Position numbers and translations under genes: made by a program. Source: Candidatus Latescibacterota bacterium (GTDB taxonomy: Bacteria > Latescibacterota > UBA2968). Taken from it: DNA of 64,000 nucleotides. Shown here piece by piece: positions 21,382-34,433 of the stretch (position 1 is its first letter; each line of letters opens with the position of its first letter). The notes below the pieces were generated by a model, which was not told where the DNA came from, searched no databases, and saw only the letters and a program-made list of their open reading frames with translations. The stretch covers positions 1-64,000 of the forward strand of contig OZ240241.1 of assembly GCA_965198115.1 (NCBI GenBank), written 5' to 3'.

Positions 21382-22224
21382 TCAGGGAGCCGATCGTCTA
21401 CGGTCCACGGGTAGTGCGGTTCGTAACCGAACGCTTCACGGGCGTGTTCACAGCTCAGGGGAGACTTCCAGTCATCCTGATCTCGAATTTCGACGCCCCC
21501 GTCATAGTGCGCGCTCACGAGCTCAGGCACGGGTGTATTGAGCACGATCCTGGGCCCTGTGACGTTGTAGATACCCGATTCGACGCGATACACTTCGACG
21601 GCGAGACGACAGGCCATCGCGGCATCACGTGCATCTGTCCTCGTCCAGAACTGATTCCTGCCTCCGGCCGGATCACGCGACATCCGATTCGATCTGTTCG
21701 TCCATTTCGGAAGGCAACCTCACACCCTGGAATCTGAACGACAGGATTGTCGTGCCATAGTTCCGCGAGAAATACTCGGCCGCACTCTCCCCCGCGACCT
21801 TCGACAGCGCGTAGCAGTTGATCGGCTTGAGCGGGTGGGATTCATCCACCCTGATGTAGTCGGGCGCGTGTTCGTGAAACCCGTAGACCTGCGCACTCGA
21901 CGCCGATACCACCCGCTCGATGCCCAGATCCGCGCACGCCTGAAAGACGTTGTAGGTACCCTGGACGTTGTCGGCGTACGTCTGTGTGTCAGGCACGCGA
22001 CCGGGATTGGCCCACGCACCCATATGTACTACGGCTTCAGCACGAAATCCTCCGAGCGCGCCGTAGACCTGACCCGCGTTCGTCAGATCCACTCGCATAC
22101 ACCGGCCCGCCCCGGCCGGTGCGAGCAGAACGTCGATGCCGAGGACCTCGTGCTTGGCCTCGACAAGATCCCGAACCACGTAAGTGCCGATCCGTCCACA
22201 ACTGCCGGTTACCACGATTCTCAT
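21378..22224 (-). pseudogene. NAD-dependent epimerase/dehydratase, 1-nt frameshift at ~21685
   Basis: MRIVVTGSCGRIG, SASSAQVYG, YALSK. The C-terminal ORF 21378-21683 continues in another frame. Confidence 0.8.
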
Positions 22225-22239
22225 AGGACTCATCTGAAC

Positions 22240-22612
22240 CCCTGACCTGAGGGATGGCGACCTCGAGACGACCTTCAGCCGTATCCAGATAGCCCGGCTC
22301 GTAACCGCTGCGAAACCCTCGCCGACCCTCACCCCGTTCATACCGGTCGACGCCCAGATGGTCCCGCTGGTGGGCTTCGAGGCCCTCTTGAGTGATCAAC
22401 TGTGTCGAGAGCTGAACCAACTGAGTCAACACATCCTCTGCACTGTCAATGTCCTGGAGTCTTTCGATGAACTCAGTAACCTCCTTGCGAAGCTTAACAC
22501 TCGGCGATAGCTTCATACGGCGTGGCCTGTGCCCACTCGGGGCGTGAGGTTTTTTGGGACCTCAGGAAGATAGTTCACGCCGCTTCTTTTGCAGGAAACC
22601 TAAGACATTACC
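22240..22612 (-). mobile_element. IS256 family (third type) 5' remnant
   Basis: HLGVDRYERGEGRRGFRSGY...TAEGRLEVAIPQVR, plus an IR-like end ggtaatgtcttaggtttcctgc. Confidence 0.7.
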
Positions 22613-22625
22613 GGGGGGCAGGTCA

Positions 22626-23441
22626 TTGACGAACGCACATTCAGGGAACCAGCCATTGGGAAAACGTAGCAACAACGAAAGACCTGAAGCGATCCAGGGT
22701 TCTCAGCTCCAGTTTGCACCCGAGAATGAGCTCGGAGTGGTGTTTCTCTTTTCCGAATACGCCAAGCGAAAGCGTATCCGCGTGGAGAAGATCCGTCCCG
22801 GTTTTCCCGACTGCATCGCCTATCAGAAGGCTCAGGGCAAAGAGAAGAAGATCCGGGTCGAGTTCGAATTCCGATCCAGGAACTTCAAGTCACATCCCGG
22901 ACATACGGCAAGGGGATGCGACTGGATCGTCTGCTGGGAGCACAACTGGCCTGACGTGCCCGCCAGCATTCACGTCGTGGAACTCAGGCGGGAGTATGGG
23001 TTGGGTTTCAATGTCTGGATTCAGCCGGTGAGTGGTGAATACGCGGAGGGAATTTCAGAGATCACCACTGATGATCGATGGAGCGTGCCGAGTTTGGCGC
23101 ACCCCGGTGACCTGCTGCTCTTCTATCACACACGTCCGGATAAGATGATCCAGGACCTTTTCACGCTCACAGGTCGCGTCCATAAAGTGAATGCAGGTTG
23201 GAAGTCCGGCAAGGACTACATGGCTCCCATCAGGAGGGTGTGTCAGCTGAAGTCACCGATCTTCCTCGAAGATCTGAGACAGGACCAGATTCTCAGAACA
23301 TCCCCGTTCATTCGAGCAAACATGCAGGGACGGCCCAACGCAACCGAGTATTGGCCGCATCTGCTTGACCGGATCATCAAGAGGAATCCCTCAGTCCGGA
23401 CGAAGCTCAAGAAGTATGCTCCGGAGCGGGCAGGCTGGTAA
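22626..23441 (+). CDS. PD-(D/E)XK-like nuclease fused to an EVE/PUA-like domain
   Basis: NELGVVFLF, FPDCIA, RVEFEFRSRNF, CDWIVCW; C-terminal WSVP...PGDLLLFY...LKSPIFLEDL. Start uncertain (TTG at 22626 or 22656). Confidence 0.6.
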   Translation: MTNAHSGNQPLGKRSNNERPEAIQGSQLQFAPENELGVVFLFSEYAKRKRIRVEKIRPGFPDCIAYQKAQGKEKKIRVEFEFRSRNFKSHPGHTARGCDWIVCWEHNWPDVPASIHVVELRREYGLGFNVWIQPVSGEYAEGISEITTDDRWSVPSLAHPGDLLLFYHTRPDKMIQDLFTLTGRVHKVNAGWKSGKDYMAPIRRVCQLKSPIFLEDLRQDQILRTSPFIRANMQGRPNATEYWPHLLDRIIKRNPSVRTKLKKYAPERAGW

Positions 23442-23661
23442 GAAGGAGGCCTACGTGAGATTCAAGGGAAAGTTTGTTCGACACCGAGCATCCCGGATAC
23501 GACGTCAGCGAGGCCATCCTGACGAAGACCAGAGTCGCCATCGACTATGCTGACGACGAGGGCACGTAGACGTCGAGCACATCTTCCATTGCGCAGACGA
23601 ACTCGGCGCTTGGGGCGCCCGGCAGACACCACATCTGCTTCAGCCACGGCTTCAACGCGTT

Positions 23662-24251
23662 TTTTTCTTCCAGTCCTGGAAGTCGACCTCCCACTTCCCT
23701 CGAAGACGAGCGATCGAGGTCGGCGAAAGCGGCGCGCCATCACCGAGCAGCGCACGCAAAGACAACTCGAAGTCGCCCTGGGAGAGACCGTGGAGATAAA
23801 GGTCGGGAAGCAGATCTCCAATGGCCCTGGTTCTCCGGGCGAACAGGGGGAGGATGCGGCTTTCAAACCGCTCTTCCAGACCACGAACCCGGGGACGCCG
23901 GACCTTGATCGTTCCGCAGCTCGTCGAGAGACGCCGGGGCTTGCCGTAGCCGTTCCTGTAGCCCCTGGAGCTATCGACCTCGGCTCGGCGCTCATACCAC
24001 GACCGGCCCAAGAACGCGGTCGCCTCCTCCTCCAGAATGGACTGGAACCGGCCCTGGATCTCTTCACGGATCCAATCGTCAACCGTCTCCCACGTCGGCA
24101 TGGACTTCAATGGGGCTCTATGCGTATGTTCCTTCACGGCGATCCTCCTTCCCAACCGGGCCTCTCACCCGGTTTTGTGTGAATCAACTATCTCACGGGA
24201 AGGGTAGGGTCGCCCTTTCTCTTTTTCCACACCTTTTGATTATTATAGCTC
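23662..24251 (-). mobile_element. IS256 family (type B) 5' truncated copy
   Basis: Nearly identical to the 5' part of 61177-62549. Confidence 0.85.
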
Positions 24252-25738
24252 AGTCGAAGAAGACAATATCTACTGCTGTTATTTGGAGGGTGTGATACTC
24301 AGCTATGATGGAGTCCATAACGAAGCCAAGGATTCGTTCCAACGGGCAAGACATCTCTCACGCCGAAGGGCTTCAACAAGGATCAGGGTCCACCTATGTG
24401 ATCAGGAAGGGACGCCCTATGAAAGGAGAGCTCTGACCCGAAGACGCGGTGAACGTATCTGGATGCGTGACATACAAACCGATGTTTCGGCACCGATCTC
24501 AAATCCTGTTTCTTGGCGTAGGGATGGTAGTCCGTCAAACTGTGTTATTAACCTTGGCTTTAGCTTTGCCGGTCCCTGTGCCTATTTCCTGCGAGGATAT
24601 GAGGCAAGTGGCAAGTCATAGTCACCGTTGAGACTTACAATCGGCGACGCCCTCGTCGCTGGTCGTCATTTTGGAAATCATTTCGCCTATTCTCGACCGT
24701 GTAGACGGCTTGACCTCGTAGAGACACTTTCCCAGGGAACGTTCAGCGACATCATATTCGGAGGCATCCCGAAGTTCTCTGACGAAATCCTCAGAAAGTT
24801 GATCCCCAGTCATGTCGGGTGCGATGCCCCTGATGCTTGGCAATTCGTTGTCTTCAGGTAAGAGTTCTATCTCGTCTACTCTGACAGAGGAAGGGAATGG
24901 ATCGCGTTCTATCGCCGTGGACCCAACGCCGTATCGATCGATCGTCGCCGACTGGGACGCCGAGGCCCCGTGAGCCCAACCACAAGCCGCTGTGAAAAAT
25001 GTCACCGGCCGCTTTGACGCAGACGGACCGTTTCGCCTTCCATCTCCACTGGCAGTGCCGCACCGGGGACACAGGAGGTGGACGGGAGCGACCCCGTCTC
25101 CAATGATCCCTGCGGACTGCCTCCTGTAGGGACACAAATCGTTTACTATAAATGAGTTACGTATCTGTGACGGTGCTCTGCCCCCCATTATATCCACCGG
25201 GACGAAACGGATTTCCCCGGCTCTTCGTGGCTGCGAACGGACGCGTCGGCCCCGGATCTCGCGCCCCGAGGCCGGGCGGCTGGGCGTGGGGTTGGTGATG
25301 CTCGGATCCGTACCGCCCGTGCCCAACCGATCCGGGGTCACACCGCCCAGCCAGCGGGTAGCGCCGCCTCCCGTCCCGCCTTCCAGCGCTTCGGAAGACT
25401 CTCGGCCTCCGCCTCCGTCGGCTTCTCCGACACCCTCGCATCCCTCTCTCCAAACCCCGTTAAGGTCGATTCCAGCTAAAACCGGTGTCCAGAAAAACCG
25501 GATGTGCTATGAAGTCCAAACCTGTGACGCCTTGCGATAATTCTCCGGCTTAAGCTATTCGCAGATCCTTCTGGGGGGTAGGCAATGTCTTTTTCGCTGT
25601 TGAAATTGGACAGCGGCATGTGATGGTTTCAGGCGGCTGCAGCGCGTCCTTCAACGTTCCTGTCGCGGTAACACTCGCGGATCGTGGCCAACCCAAGCGT
25701 CTTGAGACCGTCGCGGAGTTGGGTCGCGTGAGTTCGTT

Positions 25739-26215
25739 TCATCCGGCGGTCTCCAGCAGACGGTCATAGCAGTCCAGCCGCACTTCAGCGACGTCTACGG
25801 CGGGCGTAGCGGATACCTGCGTCGAGCCCAACGACGCTCCGACGGCATCCGGGTGGATGGATGCGCCTCTGCGCAGGAAGACGTCCAGAGCCCGGTCAAC
25901 CTTGTCCTCGCCTTCTCGCACGGCTAGTTCCAGAAGGCGGAGATACAACACGTGGGCGCGTCGACGCGGATGTTGCTCCTCGAGAAGGTCGCAGCGGATA
26001 CAGGTCGGACCGATAGCGGTAGTTCTCGAACGCGCCCGGCTTGCGGATCAGCCAGTTCAGAACGTGCGCGTACTGGATGAGGTGACGCTTCTTGCCGCGG
26101 AGACGGGGTAGTCGCTCTATGCGCCGCTGGGCGTAGTAGACGTCGATGTGCTCAGCGTAAAGCCTCACCTCGACGTGCTCACCGACCAACCGACTGTGCA
26201 CGGAGTAGGTCGGTT
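25739..26215 (-). pseudogene. IS21 family IstA C-terminal remnant
   Basis: YSVHSRLVGEHVEVRLYAE...LIRKPGAFENYRYRSDL...YLRLLELA. Confidence 0.75.
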
Positions 26216-26229
26216 GATGTAGTCCAGCT

Positions 26230-26665
26230 TCAGTCAGTCGTTCCAGCGCCAACCTCTTTCGACATCCGGTGAATGATGGCATTCCGTTCACCGCGTTTTT
26301 TGGTGATTACACCCTCCTCCACGAGTTCTTCGGTGATCTTCTTGATCCGCTCCTTCCCGATGCCCCGTGGCTTGAGAATCTCCGCAAGACGTGAGCAGTT
26401 GACTCCTTCCGTGCCAGCGCCGCGTATGACGTCGAGTATTGCCGCACGTGCTTCTTCTCTTTCCTCCTCGGCCTTCTTCTCAGGATTGACGAATCTGAGA
26501 CGTGCGCCGTCCTCGTCGACTTGGGACCGGACGAGAAATGACTCCTGCGCCGGGCCCCGCTTGGACTTCGCGTGCCTGATCTTCAGGGTGTCGAAATCGC
26601 CGGAAACCTCGAGGACGCTATCGACGGATGCGGCGATGTCAGAGGATCCACGAAGGGACCTACCC
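26230..26665 (-). pseudogene. AAA_25/RepA-type helicase C-terminal fragment (absent from the ORF track)
   Basis: Hand translation LRGSSDIAASVDSVLEV...LKIRHAKSKRG...wHTH-like tail, with stop at 26230. Confidence 0.6.
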
Positions 26666-26979
26666 CCATAGCGACAGCGCCTTGTTGCAAGCCATTCGCC
26701 CGCAACGACTTAACGCTCGCGGATTATATGTGGCGGCGGCCTGTTTCCGACGCGGATTGTATGTTGCGGCATACTTCTCCCGTCAGGCGCCGGGCCGCCG
26801 CTGCGGCATACTTCTTCCGTCAGATCGCATCACCGGCGCACAGGCCTCTCTGTCGGTGCTCCAGTCCGCCAGGACGCACTGCCTGACGCGGATTCTATGT
26901 GCCGCAGCTTGAAGCGAACAAAGGCGATCCCGAGTCGTTGTTCGCGACCCTGGGTCAGGCCGGCGCTAACCCTCCGCCG

Positions 26980-27165
26980 CATCAGAACCGTGCCGTCGAG
27001 GCTGCGCAGGTGATCGAGGAGTTGATCCAACTGGCCCGGGAACTGCGGGAAGCTACCGCTCGCGGTGAGAAGCTCGGGCTATCGGAAAACGAGTTGGCCT
27101 TCTACGACGCCCTGGAGACCAACGACAGCGCTGTCCAGGTACTCGGTGACGAAACCCTTCGAGCT
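26980..27165 (+). pseudogene. hsdR: Type I restriction HsdR C-terminal fragment
   Basis: [17 protein letters not shown]...[34 protein letters not shown]. Confidence 0.8.
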
Positions 27166-27222
27166 TCGTCAAGTACCGCTCCTTCATGTAGGGCTAAACA
27201 CAACATCTTGGGGCTACCTGAA

Positions 27223-27684
27223 CTAACCGGATAAGCAGATCCGACTAATGATTTCTGTCGTTGAAACTCCATCTACTAGGCCAACGGTGACAACGCGTCC
27301 TCCACTGGACTCCACTATTTCACGACCCACAACCTCATGAGGACGGTAATCTCCCCCTTTAGCAAGCACGTCAGGAGCCACCTCTTGTAGGAGGAGTTCA
27401 GGGGTATCCTCCGCAAAGACAACGACGTAATCCACGCTCTCCAAACCCGCCAAGGCGAGTGCTCGATCTTGTTGACCCATTATGGGACGGCCTGGTCCTT
27501 TTAGTCTCCGGACTGACTCATCACTGTTTACCGCGACGATGAGTCTATCTCCAAGACGCTTTGCCTCCTCCAGGTATATGACATGCCCGCTGTGGAGCAG
27601 GTCGAAGCAACCATTTGTGAACACAATCCGATCACCTCTCGAGCGGCAAAACGCCACATCGGTCCTTAGAGACTCGCGACCCAT
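27223..27684 (-). CDS. rfaE2: D-glycero-beta-D-manno-heptose 1-phosphate adenylyltransferase (HldE domain II)
   Basis: [37 protein letters not shown]. Confidence 0.92.
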   Translation of the reverse strand: MGRESLRTDVAFCRSRGDRIVFTNGCFDLLHSGHVIYLEEAKRLGDRLIVAVNSDESVRRLKGPGRPIMGQQDRALALAGLESVDYVVVFAEDTPELLLQEVAPDVLAKGGDYRPHEVVGREIVESSGGRVVTVGLVDGVSTTEIISRICLSG

Positions 27685-27799
27685 GATCTTAGACCTTAAT
27701 CCAATGACTGCACCTCCCCCGCGCCCATCTGGCTAGTGCTGAAGATTTCGCATCAGAGTCGGGCGAATGCCACCGAGTAGTAGCCACACAAATTTATTT

Positions 27800-29219
27800 G
27801 GCTCTATCCGGGTTTCTCAACGGTGAAACTATAGAATGACAAGGTCATAGATCGTTCCCTACGCTTGGTTGTGTGTGTAGGACAATCAAAGCGAAGGGGG
27901 TGCGACCTATGACCGGGAGCAGATTACTATCGAAACTGCTGAGATTCAAGGGGTTCCGTGTTGTCAGCTGGTGGTTTGAGGGGAGAAGCTGTTTCGTCAT
28001 CGCCGTAAAGCCACATAAGAATGGTTGTTGTTGTCCGGAGTGCGGCCGTCGAGGTAAAATCGTCCGCACAATGCCCCATCCGCGTCGGTGGCGTGACATT
28101 CCGGTGTGCGGGTGGAGGGTCTGGCTTCTCTACCATCCTCGGGAGATTCGGTGTCCTACCCACGGTCGTGTGGTCGAGGAGATTCCGTGGGCGGAGCGGT
28201 TCTCTCGGGTGACGTATCGCTTCGAGTATGCCATGCTGCGCTACTGCCAGACCATGACGCAGAAGGCGGCGTCCGAGTTACTGCGCATCTCTGCCTCGAC
28301 GCTGTCGGATCTCCTTCACCGATCCATCACGCGGCTTCGTGAAGGTCATCGTATCCGAGGGCTCAAAACCATCGGGATCGACGAGATCTCCTACGCCAAG
28401 CGTCACAGGTACGCCACGCTCGTTTACGATCTGGACCGCTCCTGCGTGGTGTGGGTTGGCCGCGGCAGGGCGCGTAAAACGATCGATCGGTTCTTCACAG
28501 AGGCTCTCAGTCCCTACCGGAGATCCAAGATCGAGTGGGCCTGCTGCGACATGAGCGAAGCTTACATCGGAGCCATCCAGGAACACTGTCCGAATGCCAA
28601 GCTGGTCCTCGATCGCTTTCACATCGTCAAGGCTCTCAATGCCGCCGTTGACGAGGTCCGTAAGGACCAGTGGCGTAAAGCTGCCCCGGATGAGCGCAAA
28701 GCCATGAAGGGCCTCCGATGGCTCCTCTACCGGCACTCAGCGACACGCTCCAGAGGGGATACTCGGACACTCAAAGCACTGGAGAAGGCGAACTACCGAA
28801 TCTATAGAGCCTGGAGACTCAAGGACGAGTTCGAGCAGTTCTGGGAATACAAAGCGCCCTGGGCTGCCGAACGCTTCCTGAAATGCTGGACGACGTCCGC
28901 ACTCAGAAGTCGACTTGAACCCCTGCGAAAGTTCGTCAGGACCCTGCGACAGCACTTCTTCGGCGTCCTCGCATTCGTGAACACGCGTCTTACCAACGCC
29001 ATCGCCGAAGGCCTCAACCGAATCGTCCAAATCGTCAAGAACCGAGCCAGCGGATTCCGCACACTCGACGCATTCAACGATATGATCTTCCTTACCGTCG
29101 GAGACATAAACATCCCTGAGCAGATTCCGAAGAGGTTCCGCACACTCTAACCGCGCCCCCATGCCAGGAACCACGGCACCTTCACCCACTTCATCTCGTT
29201 GAGAAATCCGGATATAGCC
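27800..29219 (+). mobile_element. ISL3 family element, intact transposase
   Basis: CPECG zinc finger, IGIDE, CDM, DRFHIV, TNAIAEGLN. Ends ggctctatccgg / ccggatatagcc; 8-bp TSD atttattt. Confidence 0.95.
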
Positions 29220-29327
29220 ATTTATTTGCATATTGCACATATTCTCGAAATTGATTAAGGTCACCTGCCAGAAACGCGAGTCACTAGGGATTTCTCTCGG
29301 AAGAATAGATACCTAAGAAAGAGCAAA

Positions 29328-31663
29328 TTGCAAACAAAAATGCTCGAATTTGCAAGCAGAGGGGCGTCGCTATCTGCTGCCTCTGGAGAGAATCTCAGGG
29401 GGGTGATAGCTGGATTCTCCCAAGAAGAAGGTACTGGTCTTTGGAGATCTCATCCTCGATCACTACGTGTGATTGGTGAAGTAACTCGTGTTTCACCGGA
29501 GGCAGGTGTGCCTGTCTTGGTGTCAGATAGGAAGTGACAACAATGGAGATCGAGTATTGCAGCTTGCGCGGTATCTGTCTTGGATGATGCCACCAATCCC
29601 TATTACCATCCTTTGCTTGCGCACTACTACCAAGACACGTGTGATGGATGGAGGAAAGCATCTTACTGAGAATGACCCTATCAGTCAGGATGCCATGGAG
29701 CGATTGGAAGAAGGTATTGTTGAGATGCTCCGATGAAAGTATAGACGTGATATACGTAGCAGATTACGCGAAGGGCTCGGTGTCTTGTGAATCCACGGAT
29801 CTGGTTCGCCACCTTGGGGCTCAGCTTAAGTGTCCCATTGTGGTGGACCCCAAGGGTGATGATTTTGGCAAGTATCTCCGGCTTACTTCCATCACGCCCA
29901 ATACAGCCGAGGCAATTCAGGCTACGAAATTCGAATGCTCCGATGAACTACAGGCCAGTGCGATTATAGCCAATGAGCTTGGACTCGATTCAGTCTCCTA
30001 ACTCGAGCAGAATTCGGTCAAGTCCCATAGTCAGTTGAAAACTCATCGGGCCCCGTAGTTTGGTCAGGCTCTCTTTTGAGCATTCTGTTCGTTGTCGAGA
30101 TTCAGATCTTTGTTCAGTGCTTGCCTGAGTAGGGGAAGATGTTTGTATCCGCTCACGCGTCGCAGGCGAGGTTCGATGTCGAGGAGTGCGGCAGCCACCC
30201 ATCTGTGTCTCTGGGGAGAGTTGTTCCAGCGTCTGACCTTCCGAGTGAGCTCGCCGGTCATGCTGTTGAGGGCTTCGATGCAGTTGGTGGTTCGGAAGCT
30301 TCGTTTCAAGAATGGGAGCATACCCAGCCGGTGGAGGGTCAGGGTTTCCTCCAGGCCTTCCTCGAGGCTCGTTACGGCAGACTGATTCATCAGCTTCAGT
30401 TCGGGTTTAAGTGATTCGAGTGCGGCCTTTGCCTCCTCGTAGGTGTCGCAGTCATAGGCTTTCTGGAGCTTCCGTCGAACTCTTGGACGTTCCCTCTCCG
30501 GGAGATAGCTGACGACATTCTCGCGCTTGTGCCACTGACAGCGATGCACGCGCACATACCCTTTGAGGGCTTTGGTGACAGCACTGCGGAGTCCCTTTGA
30601 GCCGTCAAGCACAACGAGAAGGCCCTGGTCGTAGCACAGGCCTCTCCGGATGAGGTCCTGGATCAGCTGGCGGCAGATCCGTTCGTTCTCCGTCGCCGAT
30701 TCGACGAAGCCCAGGGGGATCTTCTGGCCGTCCATCGTGACCCCCAGAGCGATCACGATCTCTTCGTCGGCAAAGCTCTTTCCGTCAATGAACAGGGTCA
30801 CGAAGCCGTAGTCGTCGAGGGGACGCTCCTGGAACTGCTTCAGCTTCTTCGCGGTGGCTTTGATGAACCGCCGCGAGACGGAGGACGCTGAGATACCAAA
30901 CGCTTCTGGAACCGATTCGGCACAGGCCTTGTAGTTGCGGCACGAGATCCCCTTGAGAACACGAAGCAACAGCCCCTCGTCCGTCTTCTTGGGCGTCTGT
31001 AGAGCCCGGTATGCAGCCAGGGAAACCTCTGCGTCGGCCTCGACGTCGCGCACCCGGGGAACGTCTAACGGGAGCTTCTGGTCCATCAGATACACGGATC
31101 CCTTCTGGCTTCCCCACCGACGATGCGCCTGCTCCGAACCTTTGCGCGCATACCGAACGCCTGCGAGCTGCTCGACCTCCTGCTGGAGGAGGTCTGCCAC
31201 TGCCTCCAGACCCAACGGGATCAACGCCTGGATCACCGACAAACGCGTCTCCAAATCGATGACATCGCCCTCAACCTTGACTTCACCATCGCCTACAAAT
31301 AGCTTCTCCATCTGGGCTCCTTTCTTACGGGTATACGCTCCTACACGTCTACCCAACGTAAGTTTGGAGCCCTCTAAGTTTCAACTACGATAGGCACAAC
31401 ACCCAGAATTCGGAGCGGCCCTCATACGTTCCAGCGGGAAGTATACAGAGTTCAGCAACGCATGCCCAAAGGTTATAGATGTGACTGGAGCGGGCGATTC
31501 GGCCGGTGCTGCCTTTGCCTTATCGATAGCGTGTTATGCAACTCACGAAGATGCGGCCTTTATTGGCAACACAGCGGGTGGCGTTTCCGCTGCAAAGCCA
31601 GGATGTTCAATCGTAACCGCCGCCGAGTTGGTGGGAAACCTGGGAGGGAGGATCCTGGTTTAG
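29328..31663 (+). pseudogene. rfaE1: Heptose-7-phosphate kinase (HldE domain I, PfkB family): frameshifts, an apparent deletion and an IS256 insertion
   Basis: Across frames: VLVFGDLILDHY, RVSPEAGVPV, TTTKTRV, DYAKG, VDPKG, ITPN..E, LTR, and after the IS, DVTGAGDS. The GGAANV segment is not found. Confidence 0.85.
30016..31403 (-). mobile_element. IS256 type A, intact, inserted in rfaE1
   Basis: Full transposase ORF; both ends present; 8-bp TSD cagaattc. Confidence 0.95.
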
Positions 31664-31690
31664 CTCAGAGACAATTCCGGTTTCAAATGT

Positions 31691-34415
31691 GAGGTCGAGT
31701 CAAGAGGTGTGTAAATAGATCAGGCGGCCAGCTTCTTCCCGGAGTCGATTGTGGTCATAGTTTGGTTGTGCTGTGCATAAACAACGTGTAACAGATGGGG
31801 TGCATTGAGTCGCCGGAAGCGTTTCTCGGCGACCATCAGTGTTCGCCAGATGAGAGCGCTTGCCGCGACGACCTTCTTGTAGCGTTTGGCGGCGTTGGTT
31901 CGTAACCGCACGGATGCAAAGGGGCTCTCGACGATGTTGGTCGTTCTCAGGTGGCGCCAGTGTTCTTCTGGGAAATCGAAGAAGGTGAGCATCCTATCCC
32001 AATCCCGTTCGAGTGTTGCCACCGCCTTCGGGAACTCGTTGCGATATCGTGCGACGAACTGCTTGCGCAGCTTCTCCGCATCCTGACGCGTGCTGGCATA
32101 GGGAATCTGGACGAGCAGTGCACGAGCTTGAGGCTGCTGACGTTTGTGGATCTGGTCCGAGACGTTGAGAATCTTGTGGTTCCAGCACCGCTGCTGACGG
32201 GTGTGCGGCCAGACCTGATCGACGGCAGACCAGATGCCCATATTGCCATCGGCCGCCATCAGAATGGGGTGATCCAAGCCGCGATCCCGTAGGTCTCTAA
32301 GGACAGCCAGCCAGGACTCGGTCGACTCGCGATACCCAGGCACCAGGCCCAGAACCTCTTTGCGGCCGTCACTCATGGCGCCGATCACGACAAGCAGACA
32401 CGCCTTATCTTTCTCAAGTCCGGCTTTGACGTAGATCCCATCGGCCCAGGCATACACGAGCTCACGATCGTCCAGGCGTCGTTCCTGCCAGGTCTGGTAA
32501 TCAACCTCCCATTGACCGCGGAGGCGAGCAATCGACGAGGGGGAGAGCGGAGCCCCATCACCGAGAAGCCCTCGCAGGGCCAACTCGAAGTCGCCCTGAG
32601 ACAGACCGTGGAGATAGAGCTCCGGGAGCAGTTCCCCCACCTCTCTCGTGCGCCGAGCGAACAACGGCAGAATCCTGCTCTCGAAGCGCTCCTCCAAACC
32701 GCGAACACGGGGCCGCTTGATCTGGATCGTGCCGCAAGAGGTCGACAATCGCCGCAGCTTCCCATAGCCGTTGCGATAACCGGATCCTGCATCTACGGCT
32801 TCTTTGCGGCTCTATCCGGGTTTCTCAACGGTGAAACTATAGAATGACAAGGTCATAGATCGTTCCCTACGCTTGGTTGTGTGTGTAGGACAATCAAAGC
32901 GAAGGGGGTGCGACCTATGACCGGGAGCAGATTACTATCGAAACTGCTGAGATTCAAGGGGTTCCGTGTTGTCAGCTGGTGGTTTGAGGGGAGAAGCTGT
33001 TTCGTCATCGCCGTAAAGCCACATAAGAATGGTTGTTGTTGTCCGGAGTGCGGCCGTCGAGGTAAAATCGTCCGCACAATGCCCCATCCGCGTCGGTGGC
33101 GTGACATTCCGGTGTGCGGGTGGAGGGTCTGGCTTCTCTACCATCCTCGGGAGATTCGGTGTCCTACCCACGGTCGTGTGGTCGAGGAGATTCCGTGGGC
33201 GGAGCGGTTCTCTCGGGTGACGTATCGCTTCGAGTATGCCATGCTGCGCTACTGCCAGACCATGACGCAGAAGGCGGCGTCCGAGTTACTGCGCATCTCT
33301 GCCTCGACGCTGTCGGATCTCCTTCACCGATCCATCACGCGGCTTCGTGAAGGTCATCGTATCCGAGGGCTCAAAACCATCGGGATCGACGAGATCTCCT
33401 ACGCCAAGCGTCACAGGTACGCCACGCTCGTTTACGATCTGGACCGCTCCTGCGTGGTGTGGGTTGGCCGCGGCAGGGCGCGTAAAACGATCGATCGGTT
33501 CTTCACAGAGGCTCTCAGTCCCTACCGGAGATCCAAGATCGAGTGGGCCTGCTGCGACATGAGCGAAGCTTACATCGGAGCCATCCAGGAACACTGTCCG
33601 AATGCCAAGCTGGTCCTCGATCGCTTTCACATCGTCAAGGCTCTCAATGCCGCCGTTGACGAGGTCCGTAAGGACCAGTGGCGTAAAGCTGCCCCGGATG
33701 AGCGCAAAGCCATGAAGGGCCTCCGATGGCTCCTCTACCGGCACTCAGCGACACGCTCCAGAGGGGATACTCGGACACTCAAAGCACTGGAGAAGGCGAA
33801 CTACCGAATCTATAGAGCCTGGAGACTCAAGGACGAGTTCGAGCAGTTCTGGGAATACAAAGCGCCCTGGGCTGCCGAACGCTTCCTGAAATGCTGGACG
33901 ACGTCCGCACTCAGAAAGTCGACTTGAACCCCTGCGAAAGTTCGTCAGGACCCTGCGACAGCACTTCTTCGGCGTCCTCGCATTCGTGAACACGCGTCTT
34001 ACCAACGCCATCGCCGAAGGCCTCAACCGAATCGTCCAAATCGTCAAGAACCGAGCCAGCGGATTCCGCACACTCTAACCGCGCCCCCATGCCAGGAACC
34101 ACGGCACCTTCACCCACTTCATCTCGTTGAGAGATCCGGATATAGCCTTCTTTGCGCTCATACCACCCGCGTCCGAGGAACTGGGTCACTTCCTCCTCAA
34201 CGATGGACTGAATGCGAACCTCGATTTCCTTACGCAACCACCCCTCAAGGGTTTCCCACGTCGGCATGGACAACGAGGGGGACTTCGACTTATGTTTTCC
34301 CACGGCGATCCTCCTTCCCACCGGGCCTGTGAACCCGGTATTTCGTGGATATTGTTATCTCACGGGAAGTGTAGGGTCGCCTTTTCTATTTTTCCACACC
34401 TATTGATTGTAGCTC
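31691..34415 (-). mobile_element. IS256 type B variant interrupted by ISL3
   Basis: WADG, AADG, RCWNHK, RTTNIVES. Flanking repeat aaatgt(ga). The 5' part lies at 34148-34415. Confidence 0.88.
32808..34147 (+). mobile_element. ISL3 copy with a +1 frameshift and an 81-bp deletion
   Basis: Same ends as 27800-29219; TSD ttctttgc. Confidence 0.92.
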
Positions 34416-34433
34416 AAATGTGAGGGAGGCCGA

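Noticed and set aside
24283-25540. ORFs of 60-239 aa on both strands
   Set aside because: They look like mosaic fragments with no recognisable domain.
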